Assembly: GCA_951406725.2 (NCBI GenBank)
Contig: OX597824.1
Coordinates: 35,836,001-35,900,000 of the forward strand
Direction of reading: 5' to 3'
DNA from: Octopus vulgaris
Lineage: Eukaryota
Length of the DNA stretch: 64,000 nt
Under the pieces are notes generated by a model. That model had not been told where the DNA came from. It saw only the letters and a list, made by a program, of their open reading frames with translations, and made no database searches. The position numbers and the translations under genes were made by a program. Below, piece after piece: positions 12,271 to 24,330 of this stretch (positions within the stretch are counted from its first letter, which is position 1; each line of letters opens with the position of its first letter).

Positions 12271-12679
12271 TATATATTGTATGTTGTATATTACCATTTT
12301 ACCCAAGTTTATATTTTGCAGAGGTCATTTTTTGTCTTTCACCCTTTCGGGTTCGATCAAATAAAATACCATCTAAACACTGGAGTCGATGGTATTGATT
12401 GGCTTTTCCCCTCAAAATGGCTGATTATGTGCTTAAATTAGAAATCATTCTATGAACTGGTAGATCGTTTGAACTTTGGCAAACAGTGCTTCTCGGTGTT
12501 TTCTCCGGTTCTTTATGTTCAGTGTTCAAATTCCGCCATGGTCAACTTTGTTTTTCACCCTCCTGGGATTGATGAAATAAAGTATCAGTCTAGTACCGAG
12601 GTCGATGTAATTGGCTTATCAGCTTCTTCTAACATTTCTGGTCTTGTATCTAAATTCGAAAGAATTACTATGATTCAGT

Positions 12680-13288
12680 GGTCTTATTTTTATCATGTGC
12701 TTTCACTGCACTACCGAGCGCAGCTATGTGTGCCTTGGGTGTATGCTGTGGTTTGTTGTGATGCTCTTATTTTTACGTATTGAAAGTAGGATGTGTGCGG
12801 TGCCTAGTAGTGCTATTTTCTGTATGTTATATATACTTGTTAGTCCTGGTATTTTTGTTATGTATTTGTATAAATATTTTTTATCAAACCTAATGCACCT
12901 ACTACGATAGGAATTGTTTCTGTTTTTAGACTCCACATTCGAGTTACCTCTATTTCCAGATCTTTGTATTTTGAAAGTTTCTCCGTATCTTTTAGAGAAA
13001 CATTATCATCTGTTGGTATTGATACATCGATTAGAAAGCATTTTTTTCTTGGTGATCTCTGACAACTACATCCGGCCTATTGGCCTTAATTTCTCTATCT
13101 ATGTGTATTGGCATAACCCAGATTGTGGTTGCTTGCTCATTCTCTGTGACCTTTTCTGGCGTGTGCCTATACCATCTTTTTTCTGTTGTTATTCCATAAT
13201 GTTGGCATAGCTTCCAGTAGGTCCCAACTCTGTCGTGTCTGTGAATATATTCCTTCTTAGCCAGGACTGGGCAGCCAGAGATAATATG

Positions 13289-13290
<2 letters not shown>
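12680..13290 (-). mobile_element. R4/Dong-like LINE 3' relic (restriction-like endonuclease region)
   Basis: Minus ORF 12724-12936 contains IPGLTSIYNIQKIALLGTAHIL, with an upstream RPDVV-type motif. Abuts (TAT)n at 13290-13367. Confidence 0.7.
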
Positions 13291-13367
<77 letters not shown>

Positions 13368-13369
<2 letters not shown>

Positions 13370-14870
13370 CTATACGATTCTTATGGAAGGGCCAGGTTTT
13401 GCTTGTCAGAAAATCCATCTGTTGTCAACACCCACTCCGTGCTGGTCTTAGAATGCCATTCTTGATGATGCGGCGCGACGCTTTGAGGCTGAAGCACCTG
13501 CAGAAATATCTAAGTCACTGCGATGGTGTGAGCGACGGCGACGAAAACAAGGAAGAACTGATGTGGGCATCCTTCGTGCGACACGTCTTACTGCAGCCCA
13601 CTTCATTGACCGAACTGCAGGCATGGGTCAAACGTAGACCAAGATTGGACTTTTGGCATCTAAAATATTGCCAGGCGTTCACTGCATTGTACCAGCAGGA
13701 CAAGACCGTTAGCGGGAAAACAACCCAAGATTTCTATAGGGGACTAGTTGAGAGTGACCTAGGACTGACTCTGAGCATCTACGAGAACAGTTTGAGTGGT
13801 CTATCCCGGAGGACTTTCGGGTCGAAGATCGTGGACAATTTCCAAAAGTCTTTGGTATAGCAGCGCTACAGTGGGGCATTGCCAGTTCGAGACAATTTCT
13901 TCAGCTATTGAAGTACCGTCAGCCGAACTTGCCCGAGGAGCATGCAGAGGGACGAAACCGTCCTGCATGCAATCGTTCAATGTCAGTGCATTAGAGACTT
14001 GTGGGTTTTTGTTGAGCAGTCGCTGCCTTGTGTAAGATGAATCCAGCTGTCCGCTGAGCGTATAGTGAAGATCGACGCACCACCTTCCTTTTGGAGAGAA
14101 AGACAGGTCTTTCTCTACTTAGTGACTGTGGCAAGAGAAGATGTCTGGTGGACCCGTTTGAAAGGTTTGAAGACAGGTATTTTCCTATCCTCACCAGTTT
14201 CTTCAAATATCATTTGAAGAGGGAGATGAAGGTAAAGAGGAAGGTGCTGCCTTCTAGTGTGTTTATCAAAAGGTGAACGAGTGTGACAAGACTGAGATTG
14301 AATGGATCTACTCTGAGTAGGAGGAAAGAAACTAGAGCTGGCAGAAACGTTAGCACGCCGGGCGAAATGCTTAGCCGTATTTCGTCTGCCGTTACGTTGT
14401 GAGTTCAAATTCCGCCGAGGTCGACTTTGTTTCATCCTTTCGGGGTCGATAAATTAAATACCAGTTACGCACTGGGGTTGATGTAATCGACTTAATACCT
14501 ATGTCTGTCCTTGTTTGTCCCCTCTGTGTTTAGCCCCTTGTGGGTAATAAAGAAATAGGAGGAAAGAAACTAGAATGAGCACTTTCCCATACCTTGGGGA
14601 TGGCAGAGTAACCTGGATCTTTTGCGTGGGAATTACTCGAATTATCCTATGTGGACTCCCCCGCTCTTGGGGATTCTATTTATTAATTATCATTTCTCTA
14701 ACTTCTATATATATATCCTTTGTTATATCGCTGGATATTGTGTCTCCCTTTCATCGATGTAAATCTCACTTGTTTTGTGTGTTGTATCTCGTCCTTTGAT
14801 ATTGTCCTCTATGCCCTTGAGGCCCTTGAACTCTATGCCCTTGAGGCCCTTGAAGCCAGTAAAAGAAATT

Positions 14871-14905
<35 letters not shown>
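13368..14905 (+). mobile_element. Tx1/L1-clade LINE 3' relic (post-RT and zinc-binding domain, 3' UTR)
   Basis: Reading ALRLKHLQKYL..WASFVRH..FQKSLV*..ALPVRD..CPR..ETVLHAIVQC (zf-RVT-like). Ends in a 24-nt tandem duplication and (ATC)n. Confidence 0.65.
14337..14555 (+). mobile_element. SINE B (long tail) inserted into the LINE, 19-bp TSD
   Basis: taggaggaaagaaactaga at 14318-14336 and 14556-14574. Confidence 0.9.
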
Positions 14906-15095
14906 TAAGACGGCGAGCTGGCAGAATCGTTAGCACGTTGGACGAAATTCTTAGCGGTATTTCGCTCGTTGCTACGTTCTGAATTCAAATTCCGCCTTTG
15001 GGGGTCAATAAATTAAGTACCAATTGCACACTGGGTCGATCTAATCGACTGGCCCCTCCCCCAAAATTTCAGGCCTTGTGCCTATAGTAGAAAGA

Positions 15096-15181
<86 letters not shown>

Positions 15182-15514
15182 CATTATTATCATTATTATT
15201 ATTAAGGCAGCGAGCTGACAGAATCGTTAGCACGCCGGACAAAATTCTTAGTGATATTTCGTCCGTCTTTATGTCCTGAGTTCAAATTCCGCCGATATCG
15301 ACTTTGCCTTTTATCCTTCGGGATCGACAAATTAGGTACCAGTTAAGTACTGGGGTCGATGTGATCGACTGACCCCCTCACCACGAAATACAGAGTTGTG
15401 CTTATAGCAGAAAGGATCATCATCATCATCATCATCATCAACATCGTCATCATCATCAACATCGTCATCATCATCATCATCATCATCATTATTATTATTA
15501 TTATCATTATTATT

Positions 15515-15546
<32 letters not shown>

Positions 15547-15582
15547 TATTATTATTATTATTATTACTATTATTATTATTAC
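14906..15582 (+). repeat. Two SINE B copies separated and followed by long (ATT)n/(ATC)n tracts
   Basis: Copies at about 14906-15096 and 15203-15415; triplet tracts at 15096-15203 and 15416-15582. Confidence 0.8.
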
Positions 15583-15639
15583 AATAGGTTTTCCTTTTAC
15601 TACTGATTGTACTTCTGAAGGTTATATGCAGCGCGTTGT

Positions 15640-16030
15640 TGTCTCGTATTAAAAGTCCACTACGTTAAAATCTAAGCAGCAATATCTATTAACTTTATTT
15701 CCTGTACGTTGTGTTCATAATTATGAGGCTTGGGATGCTAATATAAATTGTCAGTGCTTCATCTTTTTTTAAGCATTCCACCAAACACACTTATTTAAAA
15801 TATTGTTTGTTTTCAATCCTTAGATTCTGGTTATCCCTAATTCTAATTCTTTGTATTCTGATCATTTCTCCATTTTCTTTAGGAGGACATTATAAAATGT
15901 TGTGACTGATATTTCAATCAGGCAGGACTTTCTTTCTTGGTGGTTCTTATAACGATATCCGCTCGTTTCCTTCATTTTTCTCTCTCTGTGTAGATTGATA
16001 TATCCCAGAGCATTGATTCTTTCTCAGTCT
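15640..16030 (-). mobile_element. R4/Dong-like LINE relic
   Basis: The minus strand reads MLWDISIYTER..KNHQERK..LIEISV..KKMEK*SEYKELELGITRI*GLKT, a decayed REL endonuclease region. Confidence 0.6.
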
Positions 16031-16880
16031 TTTCCACTGGCAGAACCGTTAGCACGCCGGGCGAAAAGCGTAGCCGTATTTCGTCTGCTGCTACGTTCTG
16101 AGTTCAAATTCCGCTGAGGTCGACTTTGCCTTTTATCCTTTCGGGGTCGATAAATTAAGTACCAGTTACGCACTGGGGTCGATATAATCGACTTAATCCG
16201 TTTGTCTGTCCTTGTTTGTCCCCTCTATGTTTAGCCCCTTGTGGGTAGTAAAGAAACATATATATTTATACAGTGTCTTTTTCTGAAAGTATTTCACAAT
16301 ACTGGCATAATTTCCAGCGTTTGAAAAATCCTAGGTATCCGAATACAGGGATTGCAAATGCCGTTTTCTACGGCGTCACCAGACACACATCCGTTTTCCT
16401 GGGATATTTGGGTAATGTAGGATTGTATTTGTATCCTCCATCAGTTCTGCATTATTGTGGGGTTTTGCCTGTTATTTCTGGTGTTATCTTAATGTTTAAT
16501 CTATTGTATGATATCTGTACAATATCGGTTGTATTATTTTGTTGGATGACGTCTGTTCCATCCGTTTGTACTGTGATTGGTCTTATATACTTAGTATCAG
16601 ATAGCGATTAGGAAGCGTTTGAAATTCTGGGCGAATTGTATTATATTTCATGAGTAGCAACCGTTGAATGTGAACTGTAGGAGGTCGAGTATCGGTTATA
16701 AAGGAAGTGTATGGATGGCATTTTGCTGTGTCGTCGATGTCTAGAAATGTCATGTATGCAGAAAATATAGGATTGAATTAAATTGAAAGTGTCTCGGCCC
16801 TGGGCACATGCTGTACCTGGCAGGGTTATGTTTTGCTCTGTGGGCTGTTTTCATTCATGGTATTTTGGTTTTATTCATAA

Positions 16881-17269
16881 CTAGCATTATTCCCCGGCGT
16901 TGCTTGGGTTTGTTTCAACCCTTTAGAATTGGAATTTTTGAAAAGTAAAAATTTTGCATTATGTAGCTTGTTATTCTCTTTAAGTGAACACTTTTCTGGT
17001 TGAAATACACCGAAAAATGGCGATACAGCAGTCAAAAAATCGTAAAAAATAGGGATTTTCATAGAAAAAAAGCACCTTTTTGATGTAAATAATTTTTGGT
17101 GTTAACACGGTCCAATTTGAATTTTTTTCTTCTACGGAAGGAAGAGCAAGCCTTCTTCTATCATACTCTCAATTTTGGTCAACTTGCGCCGCAGGGTCTC
17201 GGAGGAGATAGTGTTAGTTGAAGGCTACCAAACCTGCCATACACAGACAACTTCAGCTTTATATATAGA
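16881..17269 (-). mobile_element. Non-autonomous Helitron
   Basis: The minus strand starts TCTATATATAAAG and ends with a GC hairpin (cccaagcaacgccgggg) then CTAG before T. Confidence 0.75.
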
Positions 17270-17529
17270 GGGATTTGTTTCATCATACTTAATATTCCAA
17301 TAATCATTAATACCGTTTTTACTTTCAGCCTTATCTTATCTTATGTTATTTTCTAATAGCTTCAAAATTCAACGTTAAATATTCATATGTAGTTGTGCAT
17401 GTATTTTTCTATTCATAATTTTTATGTCTATTTGTATCTTTTTTTAAAAAATGAATTATTTTTAGTTATTGTTGTGTTTAGTAGTGAAGCTTTAAAAATA
17501 TTCTCATTCCCTTTAATCTTCTTATATAT

Positions 17530-18240
<711 letters not shown>

Positions 18241-18256
18241 TATATATATATATATA

Positions 18257-18443
18257 CTTTATTCAAAGCAGCAGAAAATTCAACAAAACCTGTTACTCTG
18301 AGTTTCCCGTTGCCGTTCGTCGGACAGTTTTTGTTTTACAGTTTTTGTTGAATTTTCTGCTGCTTTGAATAAAGCATATTACTCTACCACTGGTATTTGA
18401 GTACTCTTTTTTCCACCTTGTTTCACATTTATGTGTTTACTCC

Positions 18444-18445
<2 letters not shown>
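18257..18445. mobile_element. PLE-type hammerhead repeat, family H1 (partial inverted repeat)
   Basis: Same sequence family as 29232-29310 and 43699-43956. Minus-strand hammerhead at 18284-18333 with a CCGACGA core. Confidence 0.75.
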
Positions 18446-18506
<61 letters not shown>

Positions 18507-18640
18507 CAGTTTAATATATAGATATATATATACGTATATACGTAGATAATTTTTGTATGTGTGATGTTAGTTTGTGTGTGTGTTTTATATATATGCCAAA
18601 CTGAAGATGTCTTCTCTTATTTATTTCAGGCAGTTTCATA

Positions 18641-19142
18641 ATGATGGTGAGGCACCAATTGATGCTAGTTGTAGTTCTCTTCGTACTCCTCCATGGACAA
18701 GTGTTGGCCATCATCCTATCTACTGACACCTTTTCGCATCACCTACCGCCGGCGTCGACATCACCGTTATCATCAACTCGACCATTATCAGTGTCATCTT
18801 CATCATCTTCATCATCGTCCACATCATCATCGTCGTCGGTGTCATCATCATCATCAACATCATCATCATCGTCGTCGTCGTCATCCTCATCCTCTTTAAA
18901 AGTGACAGCAACCAAAAAAGATAATTTTCCACAGACCCACGATGATTTGTTTAAAGCTTTTGAAGCGAATTTGCTTCAGATATTTGGACTCAAGAATCGA
19001 CCCAAACTGAATGAGAAGACATTTGTTCCCCAATACATGTGGGATTTATACGATAGCCATAAACAGAAGAAGGATCCTTCAGCTCCCACCAGTGGACGAG
19101 GTTATTTACCAGCCAACACTGTTCGCAGTTTCTACCACATCG
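18641..19142 (+). CDS. BMP2/4: BMP2/4 (dpp orthologue), first coding exon: signal peptide, poly-Ser tract, N-terminal prodomain
   Basis: Acceptor ttatttatttcag ends 18629 and ATG is at 18641. Hydrophobic MMVRHQLMLVVVLFVLLHGQVLA is followed by the prodomain motifs FEANLLQIFGLKNRP, VPQYMWDLY and ANTVRSFYH. Donor G|GTAAAT at 19142/19143 is phase 1, the intron position conserved in BMP2/4 genes. Confidence 0.96.
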
Positions 19143-19197
19143 GTAAATCAGCAATTTTTTTTTAGTTAAATATGTTTTTTTTATCTTTTTTTTTCTT

Positions 19198-19808
19198 TTA
19201 CTTTTTACTTGTTTCACTCATTGGGGCACCGCCTTAAGGAATTTTAATCCAATGAATCGACATCGCTACTTTCAATTTTTTTTTTTAAAGCTTGATAAAT
19301 ATTCTATCGGTTTTTTGCCGAACCGCTAGATACGGGGACATAAATACACCAACACCGGTTGTCAAGCAGTGGTGGTGGTGGTGGGGGAAACACAGACACA
19401 CATACACACATATATACGACGGGTTTCTTTCAGTTTCTTATTTCTTTACAAGGGGCTAAACATAGAGGGGACAAACAAGGACAGACAAACGGATTAAGTC
19501 GATTACATCGACCCCAGTGCGTAACTGGTACTTAATTTATCGACCCCGAAAGGATGAAAGGCAAAGTCGACCTCGGCGGAATTTGAACTCAGAACGTAAC
19601 GGCAGACGAAATACCGCTAGGCATTTCGCCCAACGTTGCTAATGTTTCTGCCAGCTCGTCGCCTTTCAGTTTCTGTTTACCAAATCTACTCACAAGACTA
19701 TTGTCGGCCCGAGGCTATAGGAGAATTCACTTGCCCAGGATGTGACACTGGAACTATACCAAGATCCATATGGTTGGAAAGCAAGCTTCTTCCCATACAG
19801 CTACACCT
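19198..19808 (-). mobile_element. SINE A with nested SINE B (19439-19663, 11-bp TSD)
   Basis: TSD tttcagtttct at 19428-19438 and 19664-19674. Confidence 0.85.
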
Positions 19809-19870
19809 TCGTTGAAAATTTTTTTTTCAATTTATATTTTTGCACATTTGACTTAAAGATTTAATATATA

Positions 19871-20033
19871 GGCGCAGGAGTGGCTGTGTGGTAAGTAGCT
19901 TGCTAACCAGCCACATGGTTCCAGGTTCAGTCCCACTGCGTGGCATCTTGGGCAAGTGTCTTCTGCTATAGCCCCGGGCCGACCAATGCCTTGTGAGTGG
20001 ATTTGGTAGACGGAAACTGAAAGAAGCCCGTCG

Positions 20034-20080
<47 letters not shown>

Positions 20081-20283
20081 TTGTGTGTCTGTGTTTGTCC
20101 CCCTAGCATTCCTTGACAATCGATGCTGGTGTGTTTACGTCCCCGTCACTTAGCGGTTCGGCAAAAGAAACCGATAGAATAAGTACTGGGCTTACAAAGA
20201 ATAAGTCCCGGGGTCGATTTGCTCGACTAAAGGCGGTGCTCCAGCATGGCCGCAGTCAAATGACTGAAACAAGTAAAAGAGTA
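19871..20283 (+). mobile_element. SINE A, full length
   Basis: ggcgcaggagtggctgtgtgg ... (TA)n ... gactgaaacaagtaaaagagta. Confidence 0.9.
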
Positions 20284-20347
20284 TGCGTGTGAAACTATTT
20301 GTGTTTGTGTATATGCGCGTGTTGTACGTATGTGTATATGTATATGT

Positions 20348-20382
<35 letters not shown>

Positions 20383-21000
20383 AATATTGCTATAGTCCTT
20401 GCCTAGGTTAAAGCAGTATCGCTCAGTGTCTAGTTGCAGGTGTGTGCGCGCGCGCGCAATGGGCTGCAGAGTATCTCCTCTTCGCATTTGGGCAGCCAGA
20501 CTCTTGGAATAGAATACAGTTGATGAAAGGGAGACAACTTCCATTAAAAAAATGATCATACGTATACATTAGTTATTTCCCTTGCATATGTTCCTGGGTA
20601 CACTCATACGTTTGTAGGAGAGCTCTTCCCAGCAGGAAAAAAATGTTCACAGAAAGACTTGAGAAAAGGAATGACTACTAAGATGTTGCTAGATAAATGT
20701 GATGATTCAGATCAAGAAATGAGAGCAAGAGAGTTGGCTAACAATGTCAGTCAATGAGAAGTGTGTGAATTTTAATCTGGAGGTGGTGTAAATTTCCAGT
20801 TTTAAAATAGAAGTATGGTCAAGTAACATGATTAACAATTAAAGAGAATTTACCCTTTAGTTCATCGTGTATTTGCTAATATGATGGTGAGGAAATTGCC
20901 AGAATTTAAGCCGAAATTTGTCTAAGTGGCATTACTTCATGAAAAACTCAGATCTTGAATTTTTGATGATTTTTTTGCAATAATGTTTTTTTATTTTCAC

Positions 21001-21425
21001 CTCTTTTACTCTTTTACTTGTTTCAGTCATTTGACTGTGGCCATGCTGGAGCACCGCCTTTAGTCGAGCAAATTGACCCCAGGACTTATTCCTTGTACGC
21101 CTAGTACTTATTCTATCAGTGTCTTTTGCTGAACCGCTAGGTTACGGGGATGTAAACACACCAGCATTGGTTGTCAAGCGATGTAGGGGGAACAAACACA
21201 GACGCACAAACATATGCACAAACACATACATATATGCATATACATATATATATATATATATTCGACGGGCATCTTTTAGTTTCCGTCTACCAAATCCACT
21301 CACAAAGCTTTGGTCAGCCCGAGGCTATAGTAGAAGACACTTGCCCAAGGTGACATGCAGTGGGACTAAACCCGGAACCATGTGGCTGGTAAGCAAGCTA
21401 CTTACCACACAGCCACTCCTATGCC
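21001..21425 (-). mobile_element. SINE A, full length
   Basis: Reverse copy of the family A consensus. Confidence 0.9.
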
Positions 21426-21490
21426 TATGCATAATTGTGTGCATAATTGACATGATTAAGTACCATATTAAAATCTGTTCCTGAGTATTT

Positions 21491-21650
21491 AGGAGTGGCT
21501 ATGTGGTAAGTAGCTCGCTTACGGACCACATGGTTCCGGATTCAGTCCCACTGTGTGGCATCTTGAGCAAGTGTCTTCTACTGTAGCCTCAGGCCGACCA
21601 AAGCCTTGTGAGTGAATTTGGTAGACAGAAACTGAAAGAAGCCTGTCGTA

Positions 21651-21695
<45 letters not shown>

Positions 21696-21906
21696 ATATG
21701 TTTGTGTGTCTGTCTTTGTCCCCCCAACATCACTTGAAAACCGATGCTGGTGTGTTTACATCCCCATAACTTAGTGGTTCGGCAAAAAGACAGATAGAAT
21801 AAGTACTAGGCTTGCGAAGAATAAGTCCTGGGGGTCGATTTGTTCGACTTAAAAGGCGGTGCTCCAGCATGGCCACAGTCAAATGACTGAAACAAGTAAA
21901 AGAGTA
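21491..21906 (+). mobile_element. SINE A, near full length
   Basis: Forward copy ending about 80 nt before the exon acceptor. Confidence 0.9.
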
Positions 21907-21988
21907 AGGAGAGTATGAAACTAAAATATTCCAAATTGAAAGACTAGTTGTGACAATGATTAACATTTTTTCCTCTCTTTTTTTCCAG

Positions 21989-22986
21989 ACCCTCACTTCA
22001 TGGACTGCACAGAAGAAAATGCCAGTACCATTATGTTCAACATTTCTAATATGATGGAAGAAGAGATTTTAACAGCAGCTGATTTAAGGATCTTCTGGGA
22101 TCCTAAATTTTATGAATATAACTACAGAGGAGCTGCTAGCTCAAGTGACATTTCTATTGATAATTCATATGATAGTAATTATAACATTACTAGAGACAAT
22201 AATAATAAAAATATGTTTAAAAAACTGAAATATTTTCCTATTCGTATAGAGGTCCACGAAGTTATAAGTCCACCCCGATGGGGAAGTTCCAGTGAATGCA
22301 TTACACGGCTTATTGACACTAAGGTTATTCACAGCAACAGTAATACATCAACATGGGTTGTTTTTGATGTACACCCAGCTGTTCTGAAATGGAAACAAAC
22401 GCCACATTTAAACCATGGTTTGCACATTCGACTATCTACAGCAACAAAAAACCCAGTTTCTGTTCAACCACATCAACATATACGATTAAAGAGAACAGCG
22501 GACATTGAACAAAATGAATGGCAAAATTCTCGCCCTTTACTTATCACTTACACTGACGATGGAAAAGGTGTACCCCTCAAACGTTCTCGAAGAAGTGCAA
22601 GACACAGAAGGGAACGAGGAAAAAAAAAACGACGGCGTTCAAAAAAAGTTCAGCGACACCGAAAAGCGGGCGCGGAATGTCGTAGACACCCAATGTATGT
22701 TTCATTTAATGAAGTAGGATGGACAGAATGGATTGTGGCCCCCGTGGGTTACCAAGCCTTTTATTGTGATGGCAAATGCCCATTCCCAATTTCAGACTAT
22801 TTGAACTCAACAAATCATGCTATTGTTCAGACCCTTGTCAATTCTGTGATGCCCGACAGAATACCTGAGGTATGTTGTGTACCTACAGAACTTAGCTCGA
22901 TTTCAATGCTTTATCTCGATGAGCAAAACAAAGTAGTCCTTAAAAATTATCAAGGAATGGTTGTAAAAGCATGTGGATGCCGATGA
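21989..22986 (+). CDS. BMP2/4: BMP2/4 last coding exon: rest of prodomain, furin sites, mature cystine-knot ligand
   Basis: Polypyrimidine tract plus cag ends 21988. G+AC=Asp keeps frame with ORF 22000-22986, giving a 1500-nt CDS (499 aa). Motifs [113 protein letters not shown]. Confidence 0.98.
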
Positions 22987-23780
22987 CAAAAACTTTTTCT
23001 AAACAGTCCTCTGTCATCAAACATGTTGTCCTCATTGACACACTATTACTACTTGCTATTTATTTTGCATACCGCTTCAGTATTTTGGTGCATTTTCTTT
23101 TCAAAAGCGGTCATGTCTCCAAACTTTTATATCTTACCCCCCAAAATTCTGGTTCCATTGAATTACCTGTGTAAGTGGTTACTTCTGTCCGTCCTAATCA
23201 GTAGCATTTGAAGTGCAGGGATTTCTATCAGCAGCTGTCTCTTTTTGTCAAACACAGAGGAACAGGAAAAACAAAAATTTCAAAATAAAAGAGAGAGATG
23301 TTTGTGTATACAATGTTGAAGGAACAATTAATTATTTTATAATTTTTTCAAATATGTTAAAAGAACATTGACATAATTTTTGTATATTTTTATTTAAGAA
23401 AATCTATCGACTCTTTGTTCCTGGATGCAAATGAAGATTTGGTCATAATTAAGGTGGGGAGGGTTTTTGTTTTGTTTTTTTTTTATTTTTTTTTTTTCAA
23501 TCCAAAATTTTCCATATATAAAAACATGAAATCAGGAAAAACTAAGGAACTGATGACAGTTTATTGATACTCAAAGCCTAACTTTGCCTTTTTCTTCTCA
23601 CCGAATTCTTGCTTTGTTATTGTTAGTCCAAGTGATTTCACAGGTGATGAGATGCATAGAGATGTTATCCATGTAGGTGACACTTAAAAGCTCCATGTAT
23701 GCTCTACTGCTTTTACTTTGCACCATCTATTGGGATTATAAATGTTTGTTTAAAAGGATAGGTGGTTATGTGTGTGTGCA

Positions 23781-23824
<44 letters not shown>

Positions 23825-24330
23825 CATGCGTGTGTGCATGTGTGTATGTGTGTCTGGACATCTATCAATGTGCTTGTGTACATGTGAAAAAGCAGAAGTG
23901 CATATGTTATGATATGATACCAGTTATGCAAATATAGAACAATGGAATATTTCTTGCAGCCCTGCATGTCTCCTCAAATGAAATATTATCATCACTGGAG
24001 ACTATTATACCATATACCATACCCCCAACTGTATATCTCACAGTTGCTTTAGTATCACTATTTATAATCCTATATTACAACATGACACCTCTGTGGTCCA
24101 TACAACAATCTTTGATCATGGAATTACCATTGATTTTGCATTCAGTTATCAGAAATCCCATGCTTTTAATCCAATCAACTCTGCAATGCTCAACAAACAT
24201 TTTATCATGTTGAGATATTTCTTAGCAAGCCATCAATATTATTATTATTATTAATTTTTCAGTGTTCTAAATATAGATTTTGGTAAAAGAAAACTATTTA
24301 TTTGAAATAAAACTTTGTAATTGTGTATTT
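22987..24330 (+). other. Probable BMP2/4 3' UTR
   Basis: SINE-free AU-rich sequence after the stop. AATAAA at 23284 and 24306, the second followed by a GU/U-rich tract. The end point is inferred. Confidence 0.55.
24306..24311 (+). terminator. Candidate polyadenylation signal
   Basis: AATAAA preceded by TATTTATTT and followed by ttgtaattgtgtattt. Confidence 0.5.

Larger units (their letters stand above)
19143..21988 (+). other. BMP2/4 coding-region intron (2846 nt, phase 1)
   Basis: GT..AG boundaries join the two coding exons in frame. Confidence 0.93.

Noticed and set aside
16270-16860. Additional PLE RT/zinc-linker relic on the minus strand (MTFLDI, LCQYCEIL)
   Set aside because: Too decayed to support by eye; needs a tBLASTn/HMM search.
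18627-18633. Tandem acceptor CAG-G-CAG
   Set aside because: Both choices lie in the 5' UTR, so there is no coding consequence.
19143-19165. ORF 18641-19165 as a complete protein
   Set aside because: The last codons are intron read-through past the GT donor.
23545-23562. CTGATGA in the BMP2/4 3' UTR as a ribozyme core
   Set aside because: No stem II/GAAA partner follows. The same holds for CTGATGA at 11974.
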